Shown: positions 41,531 to 54,922, numbered from the stretch's first letter. The stretch is DNA of 64,000 nt from Batkoa obscura (GCA_030770535.1 JASVEC010000010.1:744001-808000); one strand, 5' to 3'. The notes: generated by a model from the sequence alone, not told the origin. Made by a program: numbers and translations.

Positions 41531-42168
41531 TTATGCTCCTTTAAGTTTATATTTTGTGTTTTCTAGCTTAATAATATCTCCTTTTAAACTGAATACTATA
41601 TAGTCGATACATAAACTAATTAATCCTTTAAATAATGGAAGTAAAAACCAAAGCCAGGTCCAATGACCATCTGAAATTGGAAACAGAAAGTAGCTTACAG
41701 TGCAAAGAAGACAAATAGATAGTTTTATATATATATATCTATTTTCGACTTTATCGAATATTATTGGTTTCGTATCTTCTGACTTGGTGGTATGTGTCCA
41801 TATTAAACTCCAGTTTAATATATCATCAATAATTATTATAAAATGAAGCGGATTCAACGAAAACTCAAAGAATGAGCTTCAAAAGGATTAGTATTATAAC
41901 CAGAATCATATTAATAATAAAGTATTACATTATTGTCAAAATAGTAAATAAGGCAGAAACTATGATCTAAAGAAATTAAATTAAAATTAGTAATAATTAA
42001 AATTGAAATTACTTTAAACTCTCCATTCATCCTTTCGTCTTCCAGATTGTATTTCATAATTAGATGCTCCTGCTCTTCTTCATCTAACATCAATTCATTC
42101 TCTAAAATAGCATCTGAGCTATTTTGATCTTCATTAAAAACTAAAGGATTCCTTTTTATCACTGGCAT
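41531..42168 (-). CDS. Hypothetical multi-pass membrane protein, 3 exons
   Basis: Two ORF-track fragments joined by two GT-AG introns; hydrophobic segments; ends LENTKYKLKGA. Confidence 0.7.
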
Positions 42169-42232
42169 TTTAAAAAAACTGTTTGAAAACTAAAGATTTT
42201 ATTTTATTTTCTTACTTTTCTCTTTTTTTAAA

Positions 42233-43042
42233 ATGCCAAAAGATAGATCAAAAAACAATAAAAGTATGAAAGTATTTAAAAAAACAACTAAAATATTGAA
42301 ATTTTAGATTCTACAGGTAAAAGCTCAAGCATAACAAACAAAAGAGAACCTCGGCAACCCCGAAAATCAGCTATTGAGATACCTGCTGAGTTACTTGAAG
42401 ATGATACCAATGCTTCCAAAAGCAGTGCCAAAAGTCTCCAAAGTAGTTCCAAAGACTCAATTACAAAAAATGGAACTAAAAATTCTGGTCACAATAAAGA
42501 TAAAACCATATCAAAAAACTTATTATCAATGAAGGTAATAATAAACTATATAAAAAATAAATAAATAGAAACATTTTTAGTTTATGCAAAGAACATTACA
42601 AGACCAAGATAGACAAAGTTTAGACCAGATTGGTAGTAATAAAAATAAAGAAGCCAACTGGGTAGTACGTTATAAGCATACTAATGATGAGATGAAGTAA
42701 AGAAATTATTAATAATAAAAAAGTTAATTTTTATTAACTAAACAATAGTAAGTTCAAAGTTAGTTATGATACATCTTATCTTTCATACTCTAAGGAAGAG
42801 GAAGAAAGTAATACTGGTCGTCAATCTTTTGGTAATTTTAACCAAAAGATACAGGTAATCATTTATTTATTTATGAGAGAATTATTTCCTTCTTTATTTA
42901 ATAAATCATTTAGGCCATTACTGAAGAAACTGAACGTAAACTTAGAATGGAGAGGATTGAAAAGCTAGAGCTACAAAATAGTATAAGTAATGAAGAGATG
43001 GCTAATAGAATGAAAAATAACTTAAAAAGACCTTTTCATTAG
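42233..43042 (+). CDS. MPP6: M-phase phosphoprotein 6 (exosome cofactor)-like, multi-exon
   Basis: SKNLLSMK|FMQR and GRQSFGNFNQKI motifs. Confidence 0.75.
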
Positions 43043-43318
43043 TTATATAATAGTTACTTTGAAATGATTTTTTGTATGATTTTATAGGTTTTGTTAATGT
43101 TACTAATTAACATTACTTTTGATTGTATGTTTTTTTAAATAAAAATTAAGTATTTTTGTCTATATTAATAGCTTTTAATCACGTCTACTTTTGGATTCAA
43201 TAAAAACAATTGTCACAATACTTCAGACCCATTTCATTTTTTATCAAAAAATCATTTATCATTTTGAATCATAATAAACCTTATACTTTATTTGACTAAG
43301 ATGTCTTTTGAAGTACAT

Positions 43319-43765
43319 TCAATTTTCTTCTTTAGTAGGTGGTGGCCCGCAAGGTTGAATCATTTTCTACAACTAAATAAATAATTATTATTAAATTATA
43401 AATGCTTCCTACCTCCAAGCAATGAAATTTAATTCTGCCAATGGACTCGCCTTCAGCAATTGAAAAATAATGGGTTAATTGAGCATGACCAATATAACTT
43501 GCGTAAGAATCTCTATGTTGATTGAGCATCCATTCACTAATAAAATGGTTATTTTGGAAACTTATACTTGAATAACAATTACAATTTAGTAGTATCAGCA
43601 TGTCCTGTTCCTACGTATTTGGATTGTACTATATTATGTGGTTAATTCAGTTATTACAATTAATTATTATAGTTACAGTGCTCTAATTGAGAGTTTAAAT
43701 TAAATCTATCCTAAATAATTAGTATTGTTAGTAGTCTCTATTAAATTTATAATTTAATTTACCAT
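43319..43765 (-). CDS. SF3B5: Splicing factor 3B subunit 5, 5 exons
   Basis: MDRFNLNSQLEHLQSKYVGTGHADTTKFEWMLNQHRDSYASY...MIQPCGPPP. Confidence 0.95.
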
Positions 43766-43875
43766 GATTAAAAAATAAAAATTACAAAGTTTTGCATTTT
43801 ATCAAATAATGCAATTTTATTTTTAAAAAAAGATACAAATAAAAAGCAATATATAAAAATAATCGTTAGATTCAT

Positions 43876-44487
43876 TTATTCCAAATTTTTAATATCATTA
43901 ATAGCATCTACATTAGCTGTCATTTTGAATTTCTTCTCAGGTTCTTTCTTTTCAACCATTTCATCTTTGTTTTTTCCAGCTAAATTCCCTTTCCTCTTTA
44001 ACCTTTTAGCTCTTTTTTTAGCCGTTTTTTCTTCTTCTTGCTTTCGGATATTTTCTATTTGTTTCTGATATGCCTCTCTTTCTTTTTCCTATTGAATAAA
44101 TTAATACACATTTAAATCTCTATTTTAAATTTCATTTACATTCCTAGCTTCTGCTTCCATTGCAGCTAATCGACTATACTCTCGCCTCCTCTGTGCGCGA
44201 TAAACATGAAACTCTCCACTACCTGCCCCAGCGCTTGAACCTATTTATTTGTTAGCAATAATATTTTAAAATAGTGACCTTTCGGTTACCTTGTACATTT
44301 GGATTAATTTCTGGTACGTTACTAAATGGGTCTAGTTTATTTCTAGTACCATTCAAAGGTAAGTTGAGCTCTACATCTTTGTGTTTCATCAACTTTTCAA
44401 TCTTAATCTTTTGTTTTTCTTGCTCAGTATATATATGATATCCTTTTTTTTCAGCTTACTCTCATCTTTTTGCTCTTTTTCACTCAT
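43876..44487 (-). CDS. PRKRIP1: PRKRIP1 / DUF1168 protein, with a 5' frame anomaly
   Basis: [25 protein letters not shown]...KTAKKRAKR. Confidence 0.88.
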
Positions 44488-44592
44488 TTTTTAATAAAAT
44501 TGTAAAATAAAATAAAATTATAAAATAAAATTGGGTGTCATTTTTTAAATTTTACTTTTTATTTGCTCACTTTTATTAATTTTAAAATTTAA

Positions 44593-45360
44593 ATGTTAAA
44601 ACAATTCAATTTGATACAAATTAGTACACTACAGAGGTTAATTACACTACAAAGGTCAACTTTATTACAAAAACGACTCGTCAATACCTCCGCATCACGC
44701 TTGGCTCCGTCAAAAAGGACTCCTGTTAAACTCACTTTAACACTTTTAGCATCGACTTTACTAGCTGGCGTAACATACCAATATTATAAGACTATAAATG
44801 AAAAGAAGAAATTAGATAGGATATCTTCGGAAATAAATAATTTACAAATTGTAAACCAACTAGAGTCTGGAAACTTAGGACCTTATAAAAAGATCGAAAC
44901 TTTGTTTTCTAGTGAAGCAGATAAGAGTATGGCGAAAGAGTCCAACTTAACCCAAACCACCTATCGTTCACCAGATAAAATTCCTTTCCCACCAAGGATT
45001 TATTACAATAGCCAAGAAGGGCAAAGTTACGAGGTCCATTTTGCAGGTAGCTCATTAGGAGATGGTAATGGTAACATTCATGAAGGTGTCATCTCTTCTT
45101 TATTGGATGAAGCATTTGCTAGGGTAGCTTTTCAAAAGTTTCATACACATTATCTGTTTACAGCTAATTTAAGTATTGACTTTATGGATGAACTGAAGGT
45201 GGATTCTTTCTTTTTAATCCATTGTCAGCTGGCTATTAATGATAAAAATTACAAGGCAGAAATTCGAGCAGAAGTTAAAGAGGTTGATAGCGGTAAGGTT
45301 GTTGCTAATGCTACTGGTTTGTTTTTGGTTCCTAAAGATAAGAGACATTTAATCAAATAA
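44593..45360 (+). CDS. Mitochondrial hot-dog-fold thioesterase (THEM4/FMP10-like)
   Basis: Basic presequence, TM segment, IHEGVISSLLDE...FTANLSIDF...VANATGLF. Confidence 0.8.
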   Translation: MLKQFNLIQISTLQRLITLQRSTLLQKRLVNTSASRLAPSKRTPVKLTLTLLASTLLAGVTYQYYKTINEKKKLDRISSEINNLQIVNQLESGNLGPYKKIETLFSSEADKSMAKESNLTQTTYRSPDKIPFPPRIYYNSQEGQSYEVHFAGSSLGDGNGNIHEGVISSLLDEAFARVAFQKFHTHYLFTANLSIDFMDELKVDSFFLIHCQLAINDKNYKAEIRAEVKEVDSGKVVANATGLFLVPKDKRHLIK

Positions 45361-45504
45361 GTTTACAGTTTAAAAGTTTTTATTATAAAATAATTTAAAA
45401 TAATAAACAATAAATAAACTAAAAATTTATGTTTGTTTAAACATTCTTTATATAATATATTATGAATATGTATTATTAGGTCTGTTTTAAGGTACATTAT
45501 TTAA

Positions 45505-46529
45505 TTAGATTATTTGAAGCTAATAAAAAACATTAACAAATAAGACATTGGGTTGAAGATAGAAATAACTTACATAATTGCTTGGTACAATACCAGTCTT
45601 ACCATCCTTAGAACGTGCTTGCCACCATTTTCCTTCTTTGTCTGCAATTTCCAATTCATCTCCTTTAGCAAATGAGAGCTCATTAGAATCTTGACTTACG
45701 TCTATTAAAGGTTAATTTTCTTAAACTTAAGATATTATAAAATTAATCTTACAAGCATAAGTTGCTTTAGCGCGATATTGATAATTAAGGGTATCAGTAC
45801 CACCTAAAATGGTACCACCTAACATAGTACCACCAAATGGGTTGCCTGAGCTAGTACCAACAATATTACTAAAGCTATCAGGTCTAGCAGGATTGCTATA
45901 TTTCGAGTTATCGCTAAAGTTTCCAGCTTCATTATTTTGACTTGAGTTTTGCTTTTCAACACTTTTATTAGTATCCTCTTCAATATCTTCTTCTGGACTT
46001 TTACCCAAGGCTATAAGAGTGATAAACTTGAATACGAATTTAATTGAAGTAGAATTATATTGAATTTATTAATTACCAAAGATATTACCAATAACCCAAA
46101 ACCAGCATAGGGCACCGTTGCTTTTACCTTTATACTACTCTTTTCAATCTCATTCAAATTTTGGAAGGCTAACACACAAAATACTAAACCAATGGAAAGG
46201 TAAGCGATGAGCTATAAAATAAATTATTATTAATGTTAACCATCAATTATAAATAATAACATTAATAACCTACGGATAAATGGTAATTTTTAAGAGAGTT
46301 TGTAAATAAGATAACTAAGGTATAAACTAACACAAATAGCACATATATTAAACAAAACCAGCATAATGCTGATTCTGTTTTTATTGATATTAAACCTCCT
46401 AATGCAATTACCCAACTAATCTATAATGCTTTATTAATTTGAGTTGTGACTAGTGAGCTGTTGGTTTACCGTATATAGAGCGGAAAGTATTAATTTTAAT
46501 GGACTTTTAAATATCGTCTCAAGGCTCAT
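45505..46529 (-). CDS. SHO1: Osmosensor Sho1 (4 TM + C-terminal SH3), multi-exon
   Basis: Four hydrophobic segments; SH3 YRAKATYAY...NELSFAKGDELEIADKEGKWWQAR...GIVPSNY. Confidence 0.88.
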
Positions 46530-46807
46530 TTTTTGATATATTAATTTAAGATTAATTAAATTGAAAAGAATAAAAAAATTCAACTTAAAATTTTAATTAA
46601 TTAGATTTTTAATGTTCTACTATTTTTAATATAAAGAACAATAGAGATTGCCCTTAAATTTTTGCAATTAGATCAAACTTATCCTTTATTTTTATAATTA
46701 ACATTAATTTGAATAGTAACTCACTTCGAAATTTTAAAATGAAATAAATTATGAAATTACTTTATTATACTATTATATTTTATAAACTATTTTTATTATG
46801 TGTTATT

Positions 46808-47842
46808 TTATAACAAATCAAAACTAGCAACAGACTCATATTTTTTTAAAGTATCATCACTTAATGGATAATTCTGTGGACGAATTAATAACTTAACTTT
46901 CATCCCAGCTTCAAGGGCAGCGTCAAGTTCTTGGGTGATTATCAAAATTAGTAAAATAAAACTAGAAAGTCAATAGCTTACCTAATGGATTATCACTTAA
47001 AAACAAGATAGTTGAAGGATCTTTTTCAAGTCCAAGTTCTCTAGCAATCTTGAGATAAGATTCTTTGGTTATTTTTGAACCAGCTGTTATGGTATCAAAA
47101 TGACCATCAATAAACTAAAAATAAACTTAAATTTTAAATAAAATTAGAATATTTACTTTTAGCATATCCCCTTCCTCAGTATATTTAAATAATAATTTTT
47201 GAGCTTCAATACTACCAGAAGAGTAAATATAAATAGGCACTTGTTCTTTTACCCATCTCTCGAATGCCTGTTTAACATCTGGGAAACAACTATTTATTAA
47301 TTTTCTGTTTTTTTTAAACATTAATGATTCATTTACTATCCCTTAATTTCTCCACTTTCATATCCTTCTCTCCAAATAAAGCCCTGTAAATTTTTTAATG
47401 CAGCCTGTTTACGGTCAATGGACATCTGCCACTCTATGCTTTTAAGAATTGAATTTCTACTTTTCCTGAAATAATGTAAGTTTAATTTAATCTGCAATTA
47501 TTAAAGTTACTCCACATCTTGCTCCAAATCTGGTATCAATATCGCCCCTTCTACTTTATCTTCAACATCTTTCATTGACTTTTTATTTAGTTTATAAATG
47601 TTTTTATAGCTTTAAATTTTATGCTTACTTGCAGTTGTAGTTCTTGGAGATACTTTTTGAACTCAAAATTGTCCCATAATTCAATCAACGCTGAAGGTAA
47701 TTTATTTTTAAAATAAGGAAACAGGTTTTCTTTCACAAACGGAATTGGAGTTGTGGTTCCTTCAATGTCGGTTAAAATTATCTTGGCTAAAATTGATTAA
47801 GACATTATATATATTATTATTGTAATTTTTACTGTTAGCCAT
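46808..47842 (-). CDS. UTR4: Enolase-phosphatase E1 (methionine salvage), multi-exon
   Basis: TDIEGTTTPIPFVKENLFPY, LQGFIWREGY, YIYSSGSIEAQKLLF, GHFDT, LFLSD. Confidence 0.93.
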
Positions 47843-48294
47843 TTTAGTTATTAAAGATTATTTTTGTTTTTTTTAATTGATTGTTTCTGTATTTTATTCG
47901 TAATATTTTAGCAGTTATTTTAATTTGCTAAAATTTGACTTAAAAATCACTACTTTAAAATCATTAATCAATGTAACTTTAGGCTGGTAGGTTAAAAGTT
48001 ACATTATCAAAAGTATTAAAGTATAATATTTGACACTTGCAAGCTATTAACTTATCTTGTTAAAAATTGGTCCCCAGTACTTACTCATATTTAAATCTAT
48101 TAAAAATAAATCCAGCAGTTTGTATAATAGTGTTTAGCTTTGATTTTCTTATGCTAAGCTTTCTAAAAATTGAAAGGATAGAATTAATACAATCATTTTG
48201 AATTCTTCCCCTTTAACAGCTTGAATTTTAATATGTCATATTAATTCGAACAAGAAACAGATATCCTTTTAGAATACTATTTGAATTTTCAAAG

Positions 48295-49150
48295 TTGGAT
48301 AGACTGCTTGAGCACCAATTTCTAAGTGAACGTTCATTTGATATTGCAAATGGGATTCTCAAATATAATTTAGTTTACTCGGTATATAATGAAAGAGGAT
48401 TCAAGAAATACTATTATTGTCAAGAAAAATTTGTTAAAGAAAATAAGATATTAATGAAACAAATAAATCTATATAATAGTAACATTGGATATTTAGAATA
48501 TTATCTGAGCTTAGAATCTATATATTATGAAAGAGAAGAAGGTTTTGATAACAATAATATGATTGAAATTAAATCTAATTTACCAATCTTGAAGAAATTA
48601 GCCATAAATTCATACAAACATGTACAATCATTAAACATATTTAAGAAATACCTAAATCAACTAAATGTGTTTGAATATGAAAAATAGCATAATAATTAAT
48701 GATTTTGTTTATTACTTCAACTCAGAGATTTTAATATTGTTGAAAGTAGATTCTAAATGCAATTTAGATTGTAACAAATTAGATATTATTAAGTCAAAGC
48801 TCATTATTTTAAAAGTATTACATTTAACATCACCAAAATTTATTAATACTACCCCATTGAGTTTAATTCAAATACAAATTCTATATCAGGTCTGAGATTG
48901 AAAGCTAAAGGATGTTTATTTTGCTTCATACATCGAGTGTTTTGGTGACCTCAGTATAGTCGAAAGCGTAAAAGTAATAGATAATTCAGGAGCTTATTTT
49001 GATCTTGGTTACAAAGAAAATAGCATGAGATTAATTGAAGATACCAGTATCATTGTATTGTCTTATTTTAACTTATGTAAAATTGATTCTGATTTTTTGA
49101 AATTCCCATCTTTAAAGCATTTACATTTTTAGCCCACCTAAGAAATTGTT
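48295..49150 (+). pseudogene. Fragmented Leu-rich lineage-specific ORF (possible F-box/LRR-like remnant)
   Basis: Overlapping out-of-frame ORFs 48295-48687 and 48665-48895 plus further fragments with LKxLxL-like segments. Confidence 0.35.
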
Positions 49151-52100
49151 ATGTAATATTTCTTTGTTATCAGATATTTGAAATACTAGTATTATTTATT
49201 TAAATTCCAATATTAATACCTTTCATGATTTTGAATTATATGATGCTAAACAATATAGTAAAAAGTTTAAACATATTCAATCTAAATTTACAAAACAAAT
49301 TTAAACTAACTGCTTTTATTATGAATATGAGGTATTTCTCAATCCCCTGTTCCTATTTATAAGTCTTGAAGTGTTTTAAATTTAAGACATTGACTAATAA
49401 ACCTAAATCCAGATGAAGATATCAACCTTATATATGTTACTCCTTTACTGCTTATTATACCAATTAAGGATATAAATCTGAGCTTTTATAATTAGTCAAG
49501 AGAGAACTCAATTATGAATTGGATGTGGCTGTAAAAAATTAAAACTACATTTATTATTATTATGGCTATTATTATCATTATTGTTAGCTATTTTTATTAC
49601 TGTTTTGTTATTGTCTCTTGTAGTTGACTTAAAAAACATTTGATTGTTATTATGATTGTTGATTTTATTTATTAAGCATATTTGCTATATAAACTATAAC
49701 TTTTATGTAGTTTTGTTTATACTATAATTAATAACATTTGTTTAATTTTATATTTTAAGATGACGTTCAACTTGAAAGCGGCTTTTTGTTTTTCAAAGAA
49801 TAAGTAAAAATAAGTCAACCTTCTTTTATTTACTTGTTCAACTATCAAACAAATAATGTGAATGAATTTACTAAACCTTTAAATAAATGACATCCAACAA
49901 TTTTACACAAGCCAATGAATTCATGAACATATAAATATTAAAGGAATAATTGATATAACGATTGATAAAAGTAAAGAAGTTAAAGATATTTAGAGGACTT
50001 AGTGTTTAAATTTATTGGATGTATTAGATTTGTATAGGTAACTATCAAAACATGACTAAGAGGTATTTGAAAAAGATAGGTTTGGCAAAAATACCTTCTA
50101 ACTTCAGATTGAGGCCTAAGCGCCTATCTTAGATATTATCAACTGTCTTTGGATCTAAGATATAGATTACTCTAATATATTAAATAGGGTTTGTGAACTA
50201 AGCTTTTATTTAACATAAAGTCCGACTAATTTTAATTCCTACAAGTTCATCTAGCTTAAAGAATACTTAAATTTTTATAACCAACTTTATAATGAAGATA
50301 AGGCAACAACAGGTCAATTCTAGTATTTAACTTATCTTTTCAATAAATTGGAATTTGTTTTTAAAAAGGTTATAGTATAGCTACAAATATTAAAGCCTCA
50401 AATAAAAAGGTAATACCCTCTTTTTTGATTTACTCAAAAATCAATGTTTAAATGGACAATCCTAAAAAAGGGTTTTTTTATAATAGAGAAAGGATTCCAG
50501 ATATAAGAACAAGTTAGTTGGATTTGTAATTAATATCGAAAATTAAGTAACTAGGAACAAACTAAAGTTAATACCAAAATCAAATAGATATTTGGATTCG
50601 GATAAAATCTCAGCTCCAGATCAAATGGCTAGTAGCTCTAGTTGTTATAGTAGGGTGATACTATATTTAAAGTGATCAGACGCAATTTTTTATTACATCC
50701 ATATTTTATTAGTATGAGGACGAAAAGTTTAAAGGGGATGACACAAGTCATAATTGAAAAAGAAACAAAAAGCTGGTTAATAGCCCTATTGAGTCAGTGA
50801 ATATAGTTTTTAAAGCTTATTTTCGACACCCTAGATTCAATAAATAAATATTTATGATAGTGGTTTATTATTTCAGCAGCAGGTACATTACAAAGGCAAT
50901 TAGCTGACACAATTATCGGATTTTAGTGCAGCTTACACTATATTATTTATGTAGCTTAAGGATTTATGCTAACAACTAAGTAATGGTAGTTTCAATAAAA
51001 ATAATACTTATATTGATTAGATGACAGTTAAGTGAACCCAATAGGAGTTTAAAGAGTAGCAATAATCTTATCAAAACCGGAAACAAAGTTAGTGATAGTA
51101 AGTTTTGGCCCCTTTAAAAATTGACTAGTAAAGGATTATTTGTTACTAAATTAATCCAAGTCAGTATAAAAACAGTCAACTTTTTTGAAAACAAAATGAT
51201 GAGTATATTAAAGAGTTTTAAAAAAGAAAATTGAGTCGTGTAATTCGACCTTTTATTAGACAGTCAAAAAGAGCATGAGCAATAAATGACTTTGGTCTTA
51301 TAAAGAAAGAGTATCAGTGATAAATCTAGGTTTAAAACAAGTATGTCAAAATTAAGTCTCCTTACATGAAGGTAAAGTAAGAAAGTTGAGATGAATTTTA
51401 GAGCTAGATTGCAAAGTTGGGGTATACTAATCAATCTCAGTATTTTTTTTATTGTGTTATAAGTTAAAGTAGTGTATATTCTTATGAAAATAGGCTCCAT
51501 ATAAATGATTTTGGCTAGAAGTCAGTTATATAGCATAACACTGTAGGTATTTTAAGCCAATTGTTGTCTAATAATAAAGCCATTTTAGATAAATAAACTG
51601 TTATATTTCTGTTGAGGTTTTCTAACATATTGTACTTGGGATTTTTTTAGGATGTAAGCTCATTACTAGTTAAATATAGTATATTTAGATACAAAGACCT
51701 AATTGATAATGTTAAAACTACATGGATTTTTATTATTGTAAAAGCATATACGTAAGTTTATTTTATAAGCTGAGATAAAATCAGATTATGATGTCAAGAT
51801 GCTGTATTTTTAGTCAAAATTGTTAGCTTTATTTCTAGCTTATCATTATTTAAAATAAATTTCCTGTTTAAAATTGTAACCAATGTTTTGTTAGAAACCT
51901 AATGATAAGAATAAAAGCCAAATAGTCTAATTGTAAAACTATAATAAATAAAAAGATCGATTTTCTCCTACTAAATTAACTTTTTTAACTCAACCTTTAA
52001 TCTCTTTTAAAACGGACACTAATTTGAGTTTAAACCAAACATTCAAATTCTTGTTGAACTTAATAAGCTTATAGTAATGTCTTTGGATTTAGTAGTTAAT

Positions 52101-52540
52101 TACTAACACTTCTTTAATTTTAGGCTAAATCAAAATGAACAAAACGCTTAAACAAGACATTCTTATAGGTTTTGAAAAATTTAAAGCTAATCAAACAATA
52201 AAATTTCATTTGTAATATCAAAATAGGTAAAACCTTTCAAATGACGGTTTATATTACAATAAAACATACATTTATTATAAATATATAATTAATCTAAGTA
52301 AAGAGGCTTTAAGAACCAGCCTATCATATGACACTTTATGGCTACAACCTTTAATTCTATTTGCTTGGCCTAAAATCAAAAAAAGCTGACCAAAAATATC
52401 AAATAAACTCAAAAAAAGACATGATGACTTCATTAATGCTCTAAGTAAAGAGAACAACCAGTTTTTAAACTAAGGGATATAAAAATAGAATCTTATTTAA
52501 ACAAAACAAAAAAGAAGTCTATTTTTAAGAGTTAAAGCAG

Positions 52541-52983
52541 ATGGAGGAAGCAAGGATTAAATTTTTATTGTTAAATGGAGCTAAAGTGGAGTATAGTTTT
52601 AATAATCAAATGACTATTCATGAGGTCAAACAAAGGTTGATCGAGAATTGGCCTGGAGGTAAATTTGATTCATTTATTTTTTTCATTTATCTTAAATTTA
52701 ACTTGAAGAATGGATGAACGATAAGCCGATTTCTATTTTAGCATTGCGTTTGCTGTATCTTGGTAAAATATTGGAGGACTTTAAGACATTAAAAGGTAAA
52801 TTTAAGCTTGAATTATATTATTTAAGCCATTTATAACACAATTAAGTAGAATACAAAATATTAAATGGAGAAGTTAGTACACTTCATTTAACCATATTAG
52901 ATAGTCAACAGATAGAAAATAATAGTATTAAATCAAAATCAAAAAAACCAAAATTGAATTGCTTCCCGTGTTTATGCTTGTGA
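52541..52983 (+). CDS. Membrane-anchored ubiquitin-fold protein (UBL3/MUB-like), 3 exons
   Basis: MEEARIKFLLLNG...TIHEVKQRLIENWP...LRLLYLGKILED...LHL, C-terminal CFPCLCL (CaaX-type). Confidence 0.82.
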
Positions 52984-53578
52984 ATTTTCAACTATTGTAC
53001 AATATTATTTAATAAATTATGTTTTCTTAAACCTCGATCCGCTTCTTCTGAGCCTTAGTTGATATTGATCAATTTGCATTTACTTGTTATATTTAATTAT
53101 CAATTGTCTTTTATTTTTAATATTGGGTTATTAACTCCAAATTTTTATAGAATTCTATTTTGTTTCAAGTCAATGTTAGATTTACTTTAAGATGCCCCAT
53201 ATATTAAAATGGTTGTTAAATATGTATTACTTTTGATATACTTTAAAATCAATTACTGTATTTGTTATAGTCAAGTGTATTATTTAATAGTGACTACTTT
53301 TCACGTAATTCTTTTTTTACTTATTTTAATAAGGAGTAGGTTTAGATTTTGACATGACTATTATTCTTAAAATAAAAACACTCGTTTTAGAAGTAGTGTA
53401 TAGTTTATACTAAGGTAGCCTATATATCGAATTTAATTATCAAAGAGTATCAATCATTGATGTGGTTTAGCACTTTAATTCTACTAACTTTTTACGACAC
53501 CCTTAATCCTAACTATTTCAATTTACTGATGGTATCCCTAATGTATTAGTTCAGTAACAAGCGATCCAAATAAAATAT

Positions 53579-53673
53579 GAGGATGTTTCGGTTTCACCAC
53601 TTTTTCCATTTTTCAAGCGCTATTTGAGTAGAAAGATTGTTAGTAAAATTCTTAAATAAAAAAATATATCTCC
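53579..53673 (-). mobile_element. MITE copy
   Basis: Reverse copy of family consensus. Confidence 0.75.
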
Positions 53674-53936
53674 ACATACTGTTTTTTGCGCTAAGGAAGG
53701 AAAAAAATAAACTCTTTATACAAAATATTGTAACCAGAGCAAAAGTAATTGCTACTTTACATAAACCACTTTATAATTATTTAATGTGTAAAGTTAAATT
53801 ACCTTTAAACCTGCCTCAATTTAGAATATTACTTTACTAGTTTACAAAGGAATGAACTTGCTTTATTTTAATAAATAAAAAGGCAACAGTAAAAATTCTA
53901 ATTATTTATTACATACATAGCGAATTAGTCCTTAAT

Positions 53937-54315
53937 TTACTCGGTGGAAGCCTTCTTGATGAAAGCAACAAGATCAGCACGATCCTTGGCTTTCTTTAAT
54001 CCAGCGAATACCATCTTGGTACCTGGAATATATTTCTTTGGGTTCTCAAGGTAGTCAAAGAGACTCTTCTCGTCCCAAGTTACACCAGCATTTTTATTGG
54101 CTTCAGTGTAACTGTAGTTTTCGGCTTGACCAGAGCTACGGTTGAATACACCATAAAGATTTGGACCTTGACCATGTTTGCCACCTTTGTTGATGGTATG
54201 ACATTGGGCACAACGAGATTGGAAGAGCTTAGCTCCTTTAGTAGCATCACCTATAATAGTTGATAAATATAAATAATCATAAGTATAATAATAATTTACC
54301 TGAAGTAGCAGACAT
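53937..54315 (-). CDS. CYC1: Cytochrome c, 2 exons
   Basis: [18 protein letters not shown]...GPNLYG...[21 protein letters not shown]. Confidence 0.97.
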
Positions 54316-54374
54316 TTTTAGTTGTGAATAGATCTAATAGATTGATAAAGATTAATCAATTTTTTGAGATCTCA

Positions 54375-54510
54375 TTTTTATATCATTTCAAACCGAAATT
54401 TGAGCAAAACCCCAATCTTTTGGTTTGGACTCAGTAACCAATCAAAGTTTACTCAACCGCTTTGAATTTAGCCAATTATTATCGCGGATGATTCCTGCAT
54501 TTCTCATTGG
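54375..54510 (-). promoter_or_regulatory. Cytochrome c promoter: TATA-like box plus four CCAAT boxes
   Basis: TATAAAAA on minus strand ~54375-54382; CCAAT at ~54412, ~54438, ~54472 and ATTGG at ~54506. Confidence 0.55.
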
Positions 54511-54922
54511 TTGCATCGGGGTTGCATAGGAAATTTAATTAAACCACGCTTCGCTTTTAAAGGCATCGATGTCCTTTTGGATTAATCGCTGATTAAGATT
54601 GATTAGGTTTTAGATCAGTTGATTAAGATCTTTAATATGATTACATTAATCCCATAATAACTAGTGATACTAATTAAGTATTATTTTTTAGTTTTAGATT
54701 AGACCAAAAAAGGCTGCATAATTTATTTAAGCTCTTATTTTCATTCAAATTTAACTAAATATTAAATTATTAAATACTTTTAATATTTTATAACATTATA
54801 TTAATAAAATACTGATTATTGACTTATCTAATAAAACTTAACTTCCAAGATTAGTATATAAACCTTTTCAGTATATGTTTAGACAAATACTTTTATTTAA
54901 AAAACAGTTTTAGTAAAAACAA

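Noticed and set aside
49900..52460. Slightly protein-like fragments and ORFs 51264 and 52275
   Set aside because: Many stops, no recognisable domain; cannot support a call.
54563..54571. GCATCGATG, like the 5.8S rRNA motif
   Set aside because: Only 9 nt match; flanks do not continue as 5.8S rRNA.
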